From the NCBI RefSeq assembly GCF_009834535.1, contig NC_045696.1, positions 2,916,001 through 2,980,000 of the forward strand: a DNA stretch of 64,000 bases, given 5' to 3'. Under the pieces are notes generated by a model, which worked only from the letters and a program-made list of their open reading frames with translations, had not been told where the DNA came from and ran no database searches. Origin of the DNA: Camelus ferus. Taxonomy: Eukaryota. Both the position numbers and the translations under genes were made by a program. Positions 49,961 to 64,000 of the stretch are shown one piece after another. Every line of letters starts with the position of its first letter. Position 1 is the stretch's first letter.

Positions 49961-52900
49961 CTACAAAACAGAAGCAGCAGGCCGTGAGGAGTGGCAGAGC
50001 GGGGCAGCCATTTCCACGGTGATCTCAGATTCTAGAGCTTTCTCCCTGGGCCCGACTGACCTGCAGGTTAATTTTTACAAGACAAAACAGAAGAGCTGTG
50101 GGCACTGAAATGTTACACACCTTCCCACTTCGCTGATTTACACAGGTTGAGAAACCTTCATGCTTTTGTTCACTGAAAAGAGTCGTGAAAAACAGAGCTG
50201 TTGCCCACGTAAGTGCACCCGCAGGTGTGGACACTGGGGCCCCCCGTCCACCGTGGTGACGTCTGACGCACCGCTGACCACCTCGGCTGAATGATATCAT
50301 ACCGCTGGGGGGCTCAACAACCTCTGGGGGCCATTGCGTTAAAAATATTTTAAGGTCATTAGCTTAAAAAGATTGCCTTTTAGGATTTGGGGCTGAGGTT
50401 GTCCGACTGAATCAGAGGGAGTCACAATGAGAAGCATCCAGTGTGGCCTCCGGGCTGCACGGTGAACTGACCTCACAGGTAGCTGTGCGCACGGCCGGGG
50501 TGTCCAGTCCTGGCCGGACAGGAGGCACACGCGTTTGTCTCAGCATCCTTTGTCCAAGGGGCCCCGACTGTGAGTCTCGGCTCGGGAAGCCCTTCCTGGG
50601 AGAGGTTTCAAGCATGGTGAGGGGCACTGGCCTCCAAGGCCGGGCAGCACTGGGGACGGTCCACGCCAAGGCCCCACTTTCCGTCACAACAGACATTTCC
50701 CTTTCCTGGGCTAACTGCCGTACGGTCCCTCTCTGCTCAGTCAGCAGGACTCCCTGGGTGTGGAAGAGCCAAGCCCGAGGAGAGCGGTTATTTCTCAGTG
50801 CCCAGAGCACCGTGTTCTCAGTGAAGATCAGTTTGCATCGTTTTTTTTTTTTTTTTAAACTGGAAACGGTGAAACAGAGCCAGCAGACATTTCCCCGGCA
50901 AATGCAGCCTCTCCCTGACTACCGCCGCCTCCTGTGTGCGGCTGGGCTGGCAACGCCGGGACGCCGCCAGCCCGCCCCCAGGCCTGCGCGCGTTCTCCCC
51001 GTGGAGCCCTGCACCCTCCGTGATGGTCTGCACCGGCCGCCCCGCAGCCCGGCCTGCCTCCGCAGCTGGCCCCGCCCGGCTCCCAGCCTCGCCCCAGCAC
51101 CCAGCCTCGGTTTCCAGAACTCAGACCTGGTTGGGCGTTGCTCGCCCACAGGAGAAGGCCCACCTCCTCGTGGGCACTTGAGGCTCTGGGGTTTGTCCCT
51201 GGAGCATGTGACCCCCCAGCCCCCCCCAGGTTCACTCCAGTCCAGGGGTGCCCCTCCCGGGCCCTCAGCTCTGCACCCTGCTCAGAGGTCCCCCTCCCTC
51301 TGTCCTCTGGCAGCTTCTCTGCAGAGCACCCCCCCCCCCACCAGCCAGAGGCGCCTTCCTTCACCCGACCTCTCCTCTCACGCCTGCGTTTTCAGGGCAG
51401 CGCACCCCCAGCACATCAGCACAGACCTCAGCTCCCCCCTGGGCTTTCTGGGCTGTGCCCGAGAAGGGGCTGGTGTGGGGTCCTGGCCACGCACCCACCG
51501 CTGTGAGGCCGTTTCTGACTTTCCCACTTGAACGTTAGTGAAGTTCATTTCGACTTGGTGCGGGTTGGCTCTGCGGGTTTATCACAGACCCCAGTAAAAG
51601 GCAGGGGTGGGCCAAGGGGGAGGGCAGGAGAGCTCTGTGAACACTCTTGATCTGCCCCGAGACTTCCAGAAAAGGGTCAGGTGGCTGCAGGTCACCACCA
51701 GACATGGAAGATGCTGAGCGTGACGACAAGGCCGGGGGACTGCCCTGGAACCTGGCCCCCAGGTGTCCAGCCGTCCGGGTGGGAAGAAAGGCCAGAGGGT
51801 TGGAATATTCTGGGGCCTTGACAAGAGATGAGTTTGCCCACATTTGTAAGCACTGGAGATGAAACCTGGAGGAGAGCCTTTTGTAATGACTTCTTAGCCT
51901 CGGGACACCAAATAATAGATGCTTTAAAAAGTCCAATTATGGAGTCTTGCAGCCGAGCAAGCCCAGGAGGGCCCACGGGCTGGCCAGCACGCTTGCCGCC
52001 TGGTGTAACCGAGCCGGCCAAACCCAGCGGGGCCAGCCTCCCTCCTGACCCAGGACAGCCTTTCTTTGAGATTAGCTTTGACGACAGGCTGGGGGCTGCA
52101 AGGAAACTGGGAACAAGCAGAAAAGACGACACGGGTGTCTTTCATCACAGCGGAGAACCACGCTGTGTCCGTCTGTAAATCCGAGCCGACATTCCTCTAC
52201 TGCACAGAAATGTAGGTTCTTTGATTTCTCTTTTGAACTGGTTGTAAATCTTACTGGCGCCCTTGTTCAGCTGACAAGCTAGGTAAAAAGATCTTTGACG
52301 TGTGGCCATTTTCTGTCTGTGAGAGTCACACCTTTGTCTTATTTATCTAGTTAGTTCGTGAGCCTTTGTTAGGGCCAGCCCGGTGAGGAGCTGGAGGGGC
52401 GACACCGGGGCCCTCGGTGGGGAGCGCCGGGACCGCCCAGGTCTCCGCCGGCGTCAGCAGTGGGAAAGCAGCCCCTGCAGCACAAGTGCCTGGTGGGCCC
52501 GGGAGGACCCCACGGCAGCCTGGTCCGGAAGGCACAAGGCTTTTTGTTTACAGGCTGAATCATTTTGCAAATCCTTATCCAGAACCAAAGACTGGGGGTG
52601 GGGGGAAGCGTCAGTGAAATGATATTTAAACGGGAGACGTGGAGACAGCAAGATTAAAGGAGAAACACAGATTTTGTATGGCCATCCAGCCGGAGGCGAA
52701 GCGGGCTGGGGCTCATCAGCAAGCAGAGCGGACCCCCCGACGTCCTCCATGTGTGCCGACTGGCAGCGCCGTGGCGTTAAAACAAGACAAAGGAAACAGA
52801 TGGGAACCAAGGCCTGCTCTCTGCTGGATGTTAATGTTTCCTCACAGTCAGCGGGGTCTCTGAATGTCGGAGGGAACTTGAGCGTCTGGAACCTTCCTGC

Positions 52901-55900
52901 TGCGCGCATTGCTGGATGAAGGATGCTCACGGGGCACCAGCCACCCACCCAGCCCGTTCTGAGGGCTCTCCATGACGAAACAGGCACACGGAGTGTCCGG
53001 GGCTCCCAGGGGCCAGGAGTGAGTGGTCAGGAAGACAGCCTTGCATCCCAGGCCTCCCTCTGTCCAGCGTCTACCCATCACCGAAACAGCTCCGACTCCC
53101 GGGCTTTGCACGGTGTGTAATGTCTGTATTCAAACCAGCCTCTAACAGCGATGGTGTCGGGGCAAGTGTGGGGGTCCTGTGCCTCACCTTGTCCCTGGTC
53201 TCCCCCTGCTGCCCGCTGCCGTGGGCAAGCCCATCACCACCCGAGGCCTCGGTTTGCTTTTCTGTAAAGGGGGTCCATCACGTCAGCTCCACCTGCCCCT
53301 CAGGGCCGAGATGAGCAACATGTGAGGGAAACGTGTCTGAATAGAGCACTCAGGACACTACCCCTTTAGCACAAAGTTCAGTTTCACACCATCGCAGCCG
53401 CCTGTGAACCTCAGTCCCTGCTGGCTCTAAAATCCTGACTGGGGATGGACGTCTCCAGGGGGCTTTCAAGTTGCCAAATACACCCAAAATGACTTTTGGC
53501 CACACTGTGGCGTCCAGTTTTATATTAGTAGGACTTCCAATTTACAGTCTGCAGGGTTTACAGAGCTTGAAGAAAGACAGGTCTAACCCAGCTCCTTCCC
53601 TTGCCCTGTTTCTTGGTGGGCGGGGAACACCTGACTCCAGAAAGGCAGGGACGGAGGCCAGGGCTGGGGCTCCCAGGCTGTGCGGCCACAGCCCACAGCA
53701 GGACGGGCCTGGGGCTTTGCAGGAGGCCGGCGGCAGGCAGGCCAGGCCGGGGAGGGAGGTGAGCATCGCCAGAGCACACCTGGTGCCTGGACCTTCTGGC
53801 TTAGCACACGGTTGGGACCGGCCTTGACCCATCCCCGTGGGGCAGCCCAGGACGCGGGACCCAGGGCTCTGGTCAGGGCTGTGCCCTCCCAGCCAGACTG
53901 CTGGGTGGGGACCTTTCTGAAAGACGTCCTCTAGGCCTGTCCTTACAGGTGGGGATTCAGGAGTGAGACCCGGGGACTGCAGTGGCCAAGCCACACCCCT
54001 CACAGCACAGGAAGCCTCCACCAGCTGGCTGCTCCGCACGCTCTCTAGGGCCCTGGCCCTCCCCGCTGCCCGACCTACGACTGTCCGGCCAGTACACATT
54101 CACCTTGCCTCCTGAGAAATTTACTGAGCGACTCAGAACTGGTGGCAACTGGAGTGAGCTGCAGGGTCACGGGGAGGCTGCCCTGGGCTGACTGCCCTGG
54201 GCCACCCACAAGGGACAGCAGTGGGGGGGGGGGACTGTGGGAGGGAGGGGAGCAGCGGGCAGGAGAGCCTCTGGTCTGGAGTTGGCACAAGCATGTTTCT
54301 GTTTCTTGGTATCAAAAGCACCTCCAAACAAAAAAAACCTTAAAAGTAAAGGAAAAAAACAAGAAGAAAACAGAAAAAGGAAAAAGGAAAATAACACCAA
54401 CAAACTAAAACAAACGCAGCTCCGCCAACACACGCGGTGAAGCAGGGCTGGTGACTGGGGAGCAGATGGTCAGAGCGCCGCCCCCCACGGCCAGGCGGCC
54501 TTGGGGCTAAAGAGACAGGACGGCAGCTTCTAGAGGCCCGGGAGTGACTTCTCGTCCATCCTGAGTCCAGAGGCCTCTGTCAGGGATGAGATTCTACTGC
54601 TTCCCTCTCTCCCCTGGACGCCCAGTTCAGAGGCTCATGGAGGGAGGAGGATGCAGAAATCGGCCCCTGAGGTCCCGTGGTCCAGCCACACGCTGCTGTC
54701 TGCGTGTGGAAAGGCAGGAGGACGGATGGCCTCCAGGCAGCTCCAGGTAATCGAGTTTCCCGTTACGAGGTTAGAGGATGGAGATCTGATCACCGCCGAG
54801 CCAGGTCTCCTGGAGGGCAATCTGAGGTCTTCCCGCAAACCCAGCCAGGATAAAAGGGTTTCCATGCTCCTTGGGAGAGATTTCAAATGGGACTTTAGGC
54901 CAGGAAACACAGCTGCGCGTTTCAGCGTGAGGACATCGTGCAGGGAGAGGAGACCTGCGTGAATAGGGGGCGGCTGAGATGTTCTGGAGTGGAAACCGAT
55001 CCCCGAGGGGCGTGCCCTGGAAGGGAAGTAGGGCACAGGCCACGCCAGCAGCGGCAGGGCCGGGGCTCCAGGCTTCAGCGGGACCAGCGGAGGCCCCGAG
55101 GTGTTCCCCACAGACAGGGGCAGCCCCCCACTTCTGACCTTTTCTGGGAGGGTCTCCCACCTCCTGAGAGTGCCCTGCATCCTCACCATCGGCCCGTGGG
55201 GCGCTGCCAGGGCCGCTTAAATCCGTTTCCCAATTCAGGCTGCGACCTAGCTCATGTGCCGTGTTTTGGGGAACCTGAAAAGTGCAGAATTAAGCCCGAC
55301 GCGTCCCATTTTTCAGTTTGGAGGGACTGATCCAGTGATATACCTCTGGTGACTAATTCTTCAATTTGGCAGCAAACTCTGTTGCAGGGAAGCTGCTGGA
55401 CTGGGGTGCACAGGGGCTTCCCGCAGCTCAGGCCCCACCGCAGGCCTCAGGAGGGAAGGGCTGGTGTGCACCTGGTCCCCAGCGTCCCGACTCCACTCCC
55501 AGCCGTCCTCCGTGCGTCCCTGACCATGGTACGTGGCCAGCCAGTGCCTGCTTCCATGTCCACCCACGATGGTTGTGGCTAACTCCCTGGTCAGTGTCAG
55601 CCCCAGAGTCAAGTCTTGCTCTGTCCCTATGCCCAGAGCCTGGGGCAGCTGGCCAGGGTCGGAACACTGGCTGACGGTGCAGAGACGCTGTTTCCATCTC
55701 TGCCAGGTACCAGTTCTGAGTTCTGTAGCACACACTTGAGGATTAAGCCCCCGACACACACGCCTTGATAGTCATGGGCGAATTCACACAGGTGGAAACT
55801 ATTAACAAGAAAGTGTCAAGACATGCTGGTCTTAATGCTCATCACCTGCTGTCCTTTGGCTTCTGGCCTCCCCCTCTTTTAGGCGGGGCACCGAGGAGCC

Positions 55901-57409
55901 GTGGGGGTGGCCGCCAGTGCCGGGCCTCCGTGGTCCAGGCACAGAACGAGCCTGGCTGCGGGGAGAGGGCCGCCCTGGGGATGCTTGGACATGAGAAAGA
56001 TTGGGTATAGTGTCCTTTCATGTGGGCTCCACCTGTGAAAACAGCTCCTCATGACCCCGGCCCCGTTCACTCTGGCCGTTTCCCGTCTATTCAGCCCAGA
56101 TGTGGTTGGTAGTGGCTGCAGAAAACATGACTTCCTCCTCTGAGTAACTGGGAGCCTGTGCGGGACGGTAGTAGTCAGAGCGGAGCCCCAGCCTCTAAGC
56201 GCCGGGGCCGGGATGAGCGCCCCTCCCCAGCTCGGTGCCTGGACGCAGAGAAGAACCCGCGCTGGGTTTCCTATTTCTGTCCCAGGCACTTCCTTGCAGC
56301 TGTGGAGAGCACTCTTGCTGGGTTTGTGGGATTCGAGTTTGGCCTGGCACGAAGTCAGCGACCACGGAAACGGCAGCTTTCTCACGCAGATCTTTGTGGC
56401 GCTATGTTGGGAAGTGCTCCCCGTCCTGGACAAGTAAGGTAACAGAGTGGCAACTTAGGTTTGGGTTGGGATTTGCAGGCTGGGAAAGACAAGAGCCACC
56501 ACTATCACAGAGGCCAAGTTCAGTCTGTGGGTGTCGGGAGGGACCAGAGACCAGCAGGGTGGGGACGACTGAGGCTGCTCAGAAAGCCGTGTGTCCTGGG
56601 GACTTTTCTCTGCGGGGCTGGCTACGATCTTTTTCACCAGGGAGATGTCTCATGAAGCTGGTCAACCAGGATGGCACGATTTCCCTTTCAAGATCACAGA
56701 AAACATGTGTTCCTTTTCCACATCATTGAAAGCTATCCGTGTCAGGTAAGCTGTGCTGCTGGCTTGGCTGTTGTAAAACACGCAACTACGGTCGTTGTCT
56801 TGCTGATTCTGCTCACACCGACTGTGAGATTTTTTATTCAACTGCCTTAGCAACGACGTTCACAGAGCATCTCTCAACTTGGGGTGACAAAACTCGGGTA
56901 AAAATGTCCTCATTATAATTCTTCTGCGATCTTTCCCTAAAGTGATTTTAAATGGTGACAGCTGAAGGTGGCAGCCTGGTGCTGTAGACACCGGGAGGCT
57001 GAGGTCCCAAAGGAGGAAGGGTAGGGAAGCACTTTTCTTCCCCATCCAGCTTCCTTCCCGCGGAGACATGGCGGGTTCTGTTCCTCCATGTGGGGACCTG
57101 GCTCTGTCTTCCTTCCTCTGGAGACTAGAACTGGACTCCAGTGATGTCCATTCTGGCCCCCTCCTCGCTCTGTTCATGGTGGTTCTTGATTTCAGCCCCC
57201 TGAGCATCTTAAAACCTCAGCATTAACACTTCTTCATCCTTTTGCTTCCTCTTATGACGTGATGACGATGACGGTTCATTATAAATGCCAAGCTGACAAC
57301 AGGAACCTCCACCCAACGAAAATAGGGCACTGACATCTCAAAATCACCCTATTGGCCTCCTAGAAATTGAAAGCAAGTAATCAAATTGGCAAGAATGAAA
57401 AAGTGATGG

Positions 57410-58000
57410 ATTGCCCAAACCTGGAAGCAACCCAGATGCCCTTCAGGAGGTGAATGCTAAACAAACTCTGGTCCGTCCACACCATGGATGAGTCACTGAG
57501 CCAAGAAACAGCCGAGATGGGTCTGAGGGATTTATGCTGAGTGAATAAAAGCCAGTCCCCAAAAGGCTACATCCTGTGCGGTTCCATTCACACGACATTC
57601 CTGAAATGGCACGATTTCAGAGATGGAGAACAGACAGCGTAGGGGGCCGGGGTGCGCGAGCACGGGGTGGGTGGAGGAGGAGGTGGGCGTGGGGACAGAG
57701 CGGGTGGAACTGTTCTCCACCGTGCCCATGACCACGGCGGTGGACACGAGATGCTGCATGTGCGATTAAGCTGTACAGAGCTCAACGGACACACTCCAAT
57801 GAGCACAATAGAACTGGACAGTCTGAATGAGGTGGAGGACGGGGCTCATGGTAACAGCCTGGCAGCTGTCCTGCACGGAGGTTTTGCAGGACATTACGTG
57901 GGGGAGACAGGGTGAAAGGTGACTTGACCTCTCTGTGGTACTGTTCACAACTGCATGCTAATCCCCAGGGACCCCAAGAGCGTATCTGAATAAAGTGAAG
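57410..58000 (+). mobile_element. L1MC/MD-like 3' end
   Basis: cccaaacctggaagcaacccagatgcccttcagg; atgctgagtgaataaaagccagtccccaaaaggctacat; ctctgtggtactgttcacaactgcatg. Confidence 0.8.
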
Positions 58001-60914
58001 TCACCAACTCTGGCTGGGGGATGGGGGAGACGCTTGAGAGAGAAAGTGTGCCCATGGGGCCCTGCTGGGAAGCCGTGTGGCCAAAGTTGTGCCCTTTGAC
58101 CCAGAATCCCGTTTCCTGGAACTGCTCTTAAGAAAATAATACCAGCAAACACAATGTAATAAGAGCAGTTAGTAAGTGCCAGGCAGAGTTCCAGGCACCT
58201 CCCGGCTTCAGGCCCAGACCATGGCCCCGCACGGCCAGCCACTTTGCGAGCAAAGAGCTGGGCCAGGCGGTGGGGGTGGGGTTCCCTCTTCTCTTAGTTA
58301 CTGCAGAGAAGTGGAATTAAGCTAAATATCTCAAAATAATGAAATGATTGCATCTTAATAGGTCTCCATGCTGGGACGTTATATAGGCACTGGAATCATG
58401 TTTGTGAACGCTGCTGATGCAATGAGTGGAAATGATCAAAATAAAAGATTACGTACAAGAAAGCTATTCCCTCTCTCTCCCCGAAGACAACACCGGGAGG
58501 GGAAGTCGGGAAACACAAGCGTGGGGCCCCCGTCTGGTGGGGTTGTGGGTTCCTTTCTTTTCTACACTGCTCTGTACTTTTCAAATATCCTGCGACGAAT
58601 ATGCAGGGCTTTGCAACCCAGAAAGGCGCTGTCTCGATCTGGAAGCTGAGGTTAGTAACTGACACAAGAACTACCTTAGGAACATGCCCTTGAACGGCAG
58701 GCAGAGCTGCCTTTCCATCGAATCCCTACGAGAGGGGAAAAGAGGGCCTTTACTGTTTTTATTTGGAAAGAATACTCTTTAGCATTCAGCCAAGTGATGA
58801 GAAAATGAAGCACCAGTTAACCAGAGGACAAAAATCAGAATTTAAACAGCATCTGCCTGGGAGCTGGGGGAGGGGAGCATGAGCAGGAGGCGGGGGGGGG
58901 GGATCATCAGAGCGGGGGGGGGGGCAGAGATGTGCGGGTGGAGGGACGGCGCCTCCAGGCATGGACACGGACACAGCCCCCACGGGCCCGTGCGCTGCAG
59001 GGACACAGGCCGAGCCGCTGACCGAGGACGGGGCTGGAGGGCTCCACCGTGGCCCCGAGGGGGCCGAGGCCGTGCAGACCGAGGGCGGCAGGGAGGCCGC
59101 TCCCACCCGCAGTCCTGCTGAGTCTTGGGCCCGCCATCCACGTGCCGGGGCTTCCTGCTAGAGGGACGGCTGTTAAAGGCTGTCTGCAGCTCCAGACCTT
59201 AGCTGAATGCCCTTCGGACCCACGCATCTTCCTGACCCCTCCAGGAAGGGTGTGGAGTCCTCCCGAGGGGGCTGCAGAGAGCCTGGCAGGGGCCCTGTGG
59301 GGTCCAGACCGGGAGGCGGGGTGAGACCAGCTGGGGAGGGGGAGGGGAGCTGCGCCCCAGACTTGGGGAGGGAGTTCTGGTCGACCAGCGCTGCCCTGGT
59401 CAGGTGGGGGTGGTGGTCTGCCAGCCCTGGGTTCAGATACCCTCTCTTTAAGTAGATTCACGCGTACACTCTTTTAGGCACTAATGATAAAGCGAGTACT
59501 CAGCTGTAATGACCGAACTATCAACACATTTGAGAAGGGACACGGCATCTCAGGGGACAGGTCCACCTGGTCGGCACCCAGACGGCTGCCCATGACTGCT
59601 GTCCTGAGCCCTGAGTGTCTCGCCCATGGCCACGGGCCGGGGCAAGCCAGGGCCCTCCTCGGGCAGCGTTCGGGAGACCAGTACAACAAACCGAGGCTGA
59701 CTGATGCTGAGGCCGACGTGAGCCTGCGGCTGCCCCCCTGAACCCCCAATTTCAAACTCAGTGCTCACACAAGGACCCTGTCTGTTCCCAGTAATTCTCT
59801 AGTGGGCGCTACAAATTTGAATGTATAGAATAGCAGGGTACAAAGACATGCCACTTAACTGTGTGTAAGCGTTACATATTCGGGTTGTATGTGAAAATTT
59901 TTGAGGAAAAAACAGGTCAGTTGCTAAAATTGTGCAAATTACTACACTAACTCTTTGGCCATCAGGGCACGGGGGGCCTGGAATGAGGATGGTCAGCACG
60001 CTCACCTCGGGAGTGGCTGCTCTTAGCGGCTCTGTCTGCCTGGGTGGGCCCTGGGGTGGCTGGAGCCTGAGGGGTTCCCACTGTCTCACAACCCCAGGGT
60101 CGCCCTTGGCTGGTGTCAGGGTTGTGCGCTGCTCAAAGCATGAGCAGGGTAGAGGAGTGGGTGGGGAGGAGCCAGGGAGCTGGGTTTACTTTCAGCCTCC
60201 CCTCTTGCCAGCGTGACCCAGAGCAGGTTTCTTAGTCTTTCTGAGGCTCTGACTCTTCACCTGCAGAGTGAGGCCGCTCAGGGTTTTAGGAGGATTCACC
60301 CTGACATCCAGAGCCCTGGGGTGCATGAGGTGCTCGGTTAAGTGGCAGCTGAGATGACAGGAGGGGCTCTTCGAAACTCACGGGTGTCCTCCCTGGAGAC
60401 AAGGAGGCTCCTCCTTGACCCCTCAAAGGCCATGTTCACAAGCAAGAGGCACTGAAGACACGCGGCCTGAACTTCAACACGTGATCACCTCTGGGTGGTT
60501 CACGTGTTCGGACACGGGGACATATAACTTGGGATGGCCGTCGCAAAGCACAAACTCACATAGCTCCGATCGCTCTAACCGACCTCCCTGTATTGGTTAC
60601 CAGCCACGTCCAGTAACATCCGAAGTGCAGTGAAAACTGGGGTCGCATCAGTATAAATGCGTACCAGCTAACAGGATCGCCACGCAAGGTTTCAAACACT
60701 TTGATAGGTGAAATGATCCATTTGATCTCACTCGGACATGGAGGGAAGCCTTTGGAAGGCGAGGTCCTCGTGGGCAGGGCCTAGGGCAGCTTCTCTGTGC
60801 TCCAGCCGCGAGCACAGGACCTGTCCATCAGATCAGGGGACACCAGTGCCCAAGCGGCCTCCTGGGTGAACAAGCTGAGGCTGAGCTCTGCATCTCTGGT
60901 TTTAGGCTGCACTA

Positions 60915-61032
60915 CCCGCCGCCTCCGCCATGACCGCCGTGATCCACTTCCACCGCAGCCACCTCCATGAACACCAACACCACCGCCGCCACAATCACCT
61001 CTGTCAACACGGCCGCCACCACCTCCACCAAC
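60915..61032. repeat. Degenerate (CAC/CGC)n low-complexity trinucleotide tract
   Basis: ccgccgcctccgccatgacc...caccaacaccaccgccgccac... Confidence 0.75.
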
Positions 61033-61634
61033 TGAGGTTGAGCCCACGCGTGGGCCAGAAGCTGAGCCAAGCGCCTTATACCCTGCGACCCTGGGTCCTT
61101 GTAAGAACCTCACTGGTTGGTGTTATCATCATCCCCATCACAAATGAGGACTCTGAGCCAAGAGAGCGAGCCTGGCCTGGCCAGGTCAGCGTGGCTCTGG
61201 ATACAACCTCGAACTACTTCGCTCCAAGCCCAGAGACGCGCGCAGTGCCTGAAAGTTGAAATCAGGCTTTCAGTGGTGATCTGGATGGGAAGCAGCGGTG
61301 GTCTCTTGGCCTCTCCACCACTGTCGCTCCCCGTAACGGTGAACAGTCTCTGCTTTGTTCTCAGACTACTGGTATTTCCGACTGCACACTTGGAATGAGG
61401 ATCGATTCAGACTGCCCCCACCCAGCAGAGAATAAACCAATCCAAGTTCCTTTCCCTTTGTCTATCAGACCATGATTCATTTTTTATTGCTTTTACATTA
61501 GCCTCTGTAAGCTTTTATAAGGCTTTGTCTGCCCTCAAAGCAAACCAGAGTATTTCAGTCTGGCACCTGGTTCCTGTGCTCCAGCTCTGTGGGTTAGAAC
61601 CCACCACACCAGCCGTCAGAACAGCCAAACTCAT

Positions 61635-61745
61635 CCCTCCACCCCCCCCTCCCTCCCTCCCTCCAGCCATCCATCCAGCCCTCCATCCATCCCTCCACCC
61701 AGCCCTCCCGCCCTCCACCCATCCATCCATCCAGCCATCCAGCCA
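61635..61745. repeat. (CCCT)/(CCAT)n simple repeat
   Basis: Direct reading. Confidence 0.85.
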
Positions 61746-62473
61746 CGTAATTCATCTGCAACTCACCTCTAATTATAAATGATATGTATAAATGTGAATA
61801 TATGGTTCATCCCGTCTTGCCCCTTGTTTTTGGAACACATAACAATGTCACACTCAGACAGATCACAGATAACCACCAGGCAGGCAATCACTGCCTCTTT
61901 GTTTGCTTAGATAAAAATCTGTATTAGGCCTCATTTCTCTTTCCAATTTAAGAGGTATTTTTTTCTGGTCACCTTGTTTGAAAAGAATATAAAATAATAA
62001 CAAAATTGCCACATACTCCTATGAGTCCGACACATTACATACATTTGCTGAGAAAGAAAAAGAGCGTCTGTGTGATGGAGACACCGAAACACGGACAACA
62101 GCACAGGCACAGCGTGACGGAGCCCCTCCCTCCCTCCCTCCCGGCTGTCAGCGCGAGACCCAGCCTGCTGTCTGTGCCCGACTCCTCCCTCCACTGGGGT
62201 TATTTTAAAGTTCGTTCTAGACATCATCTTACTTCTTATGGTTTAAGACAGCCAGTGTGCCATTGTCACGCAGGAAGGAAACTGACAACAATCTCATTTC
62301 TCAGACTCACATCTACCCTGAGGGCGTGTTCTGACGATCAGAAGTAATCTGTCTTCTTCGACAAATAAACTGGCAAGGAACGTAAAGGGGATGGACATAC
62401 GGACAGAAAGAGACCGAGGGAGACGGCAGCGAACGCAACGTGTGGGTCTTGTTGGGATCCTGACTTGAAAACA

Positions 62474-62476
<3 letters not shown>

Positions 62477-62528
<52 letters not shown>

Positions 62529-62529
62529 G
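62477..62529. repeat. Compound (TG)n(AG)n microsatellite
   Basis: Direct reading. Confidence 0.95.
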
Positions 62530-62589
62530 GTGGTCCCCTTCTCTTTTCTTGCCATTATTTGTTGAAAAACACGTGATCTTTGGTGCTGA

Positions 62590-62690
62590 AAGCAAGCTCT
62601 ACAGGTGGGGGTCATTAGTCCTATTTTGTGGATATTAAGGCTCAGAGGGTTGAGGAGTTCTTCCACGGTCACACAGCACCTGAGGGGAGT
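62590..62690. mobile_element. MIR SINE fragment (further MIR-like pieces near 5770-5890, 31610-31860, 60215-60360, 61110-61200 and 63200-63330)
   Basis: cctattttgtggatattaaggctcagagggttgagg...ccacggtcacacagc core. Confidence 0.6.
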
Positions 62691-64000
62691 GAAAAGGGAA
62701 GGTGGCTGTGAGCCCAGCGGAGGGTGACGGTCAGCATAAGGGACGGGGTAGTGGGGGGCTTGGCGGGCCAGGCTGTCGTGAGACGATGCGGGCAGGTGCG
62801 GGGACCGCTGGCAATGACCGACACGGCCCAGGGCAGCGCACGCAGAGCCTCCTGGAACTGTGGGATGGTCAGTTTGGGGGAAATACCAAGAGAGGCCCCT
62901 GAAGACCATTCTCCGACCCTGCAGAGCTTGGAAGGTCATGATGGACCGGCTGTGGAAAGGCTTCTGAGCGGGGGCTCCGGGACCTGGCTCTGCTCCTTCT
63001 CTAGGAACCGAGGGGCCCCAGGCGGGTCTCCTGGCCTCTCCAGGTCTCAGATGGCCCATCCTCAGAGTGTGGATGATGCCAGCTTCACCTGCTGCCAGGC
63101 GCCGTTTCCGCCCTGAGCCCCAGATGCTGGAATGACCACCTCAACCCTCGGCAAGGGGCACGTGCACATGGCGCCGGGGAGCCCGGGGCCTCCTGGTTCA
63201 ACGCCCGGCTCTGCCTCTCACGGACTCTGGGACTGTGGGCAAACCCTTCCCCTCTTCACTGCATACTGTCCTCATCTGCAGCACAGGGAAGAGACTGGCA
63301 GCCTCCATAAAATACTGACAAAGGTGTCTGGTATCTGGTATCCGAACATCCGCCAGCAGGTACCATCCCATCTGCAGGTGAGGAAACAGGCCCGCGATCA
63401 CACAGCCAGCATACACGGCCCTGCTGGGCGCAAACCCCAGAATGCTGGCTCCAGGGCCGCTGGATAAGCAACCGAGGGGCTAGGGGGGCAGGGGCGGTGG
63501 GATGACCTGAAGCCCACCAGGGCCCCCGAGATTCACCTCTCTCCATTACGCACTTTCTCTTGGGTCCAGCGCACAGGGCGCCCTCCAGGAACGTCTGTCA
63601 GGTGAAAGGGGCTGAGAGGCACGTTTGCCAAACGGGGCCTGGGTTAATTCAACCAAAATGCACAGCAAGCTCTGGCCAGGGAGTCGAGGGGTACCTAAGG
63701 GCCCCCGACCCCATGATGTGTAGCGGGCGGCCGAGGAGCTGGCGATGTCCACAGCACACGGGAGAACAAAGGCAGACGGGGCACCTCTGTGAAAGAGTGC
63801 TGCCCTGGAGGGGTGGGGGGCCGCGGGAGCAGGGGCCTCGGGCCGAAGGTGAAGGGAAGGGCGAGCCCCTCACTCTGTCCCACCCGCGCTCCAGACCCAC
63901 TGTCCTGCTGGGTTTAGGGCACAGCGACCACGTGAGAGCAGCCTGTGCAGCTGAGGGAACGTGGCGCAAGCTGCGGCCAGAGCACGTTTACAACCAAGTG

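Larger units (their letters stand above)
1..64000 (-). other. PDE9A: PDE9A gene body, partial (intron 1 to intron 10, human numbering)
   Basis: Eight colinear minus-strand exons splice into [31 protein letters not shown]...[12 protein letters not shown], matching the PDE9A N-terminal region. No exon 1 ([11 protein letters not shown]...) or exon 11 (MLSCLEHMYHD...) was seen in the window. Confidence 0.95.

Noticed and set aside
50443..51531. 362-aa plus-strand ORF
   Set aside because: Pro/Arg/Ala/Ser-rich low-information translation through a poly-T run, non-ATG start, no recognisable domain; expected in GC-rich intron.
62313..63059. 248-aa minus-strand ORF as possible PDE9A exon 1
   Set aside because: No [23 protein letters not shown] sequence; it crosses a MIR and a microsatellite.

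Overview
Mammalian genomic DNA, very likely camelid: it carries nine copies of a tRNA-derived SINE resembling the camelid Vic-1 family, plus artiodactyl-type L1 3' ends. The whole window appears to lie inside the PDE9A gene (cGMP-specific phosphodiesterase 9A) on the minus strand. Eight coding exons are recognisable, equivalent to human exons 2, 3, 4, 6, 7, 8, 9 and 10. All have AG/GT boundaries and splice into an open 561-nt (187-codon) frame. Exon 1 and exons 11 onward were not found and presumably lie outside the window. The orthologue of human alternative exon 5 is present only as a dead remnant at 16858-16998 (acceptor TG instead of AG, in-frame TGA, NLS-coding segment missing). The rest is intron: a dense block of old L1 fragments (~25-42 kb, almost all antisense to PDE9A), SINEs, MLT1 LTRs, DNA-transposon relics, MIRs and simple repeats. 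Side observations include strong AT-to-GC remodelling of old repeats, a SINE with a ~54-bp flanking duplication, a nested L1/L1/SINE stack within one TSD, three RFX X-box motifs and a palindromic AT-rich element. I see no evidence of a new multi-gene system; the long ORFs in the track look like GC-rich noise. Repeat family names and human comparisons are from recalled consensus sequences, not a search, and repeat boundaries are approximate.
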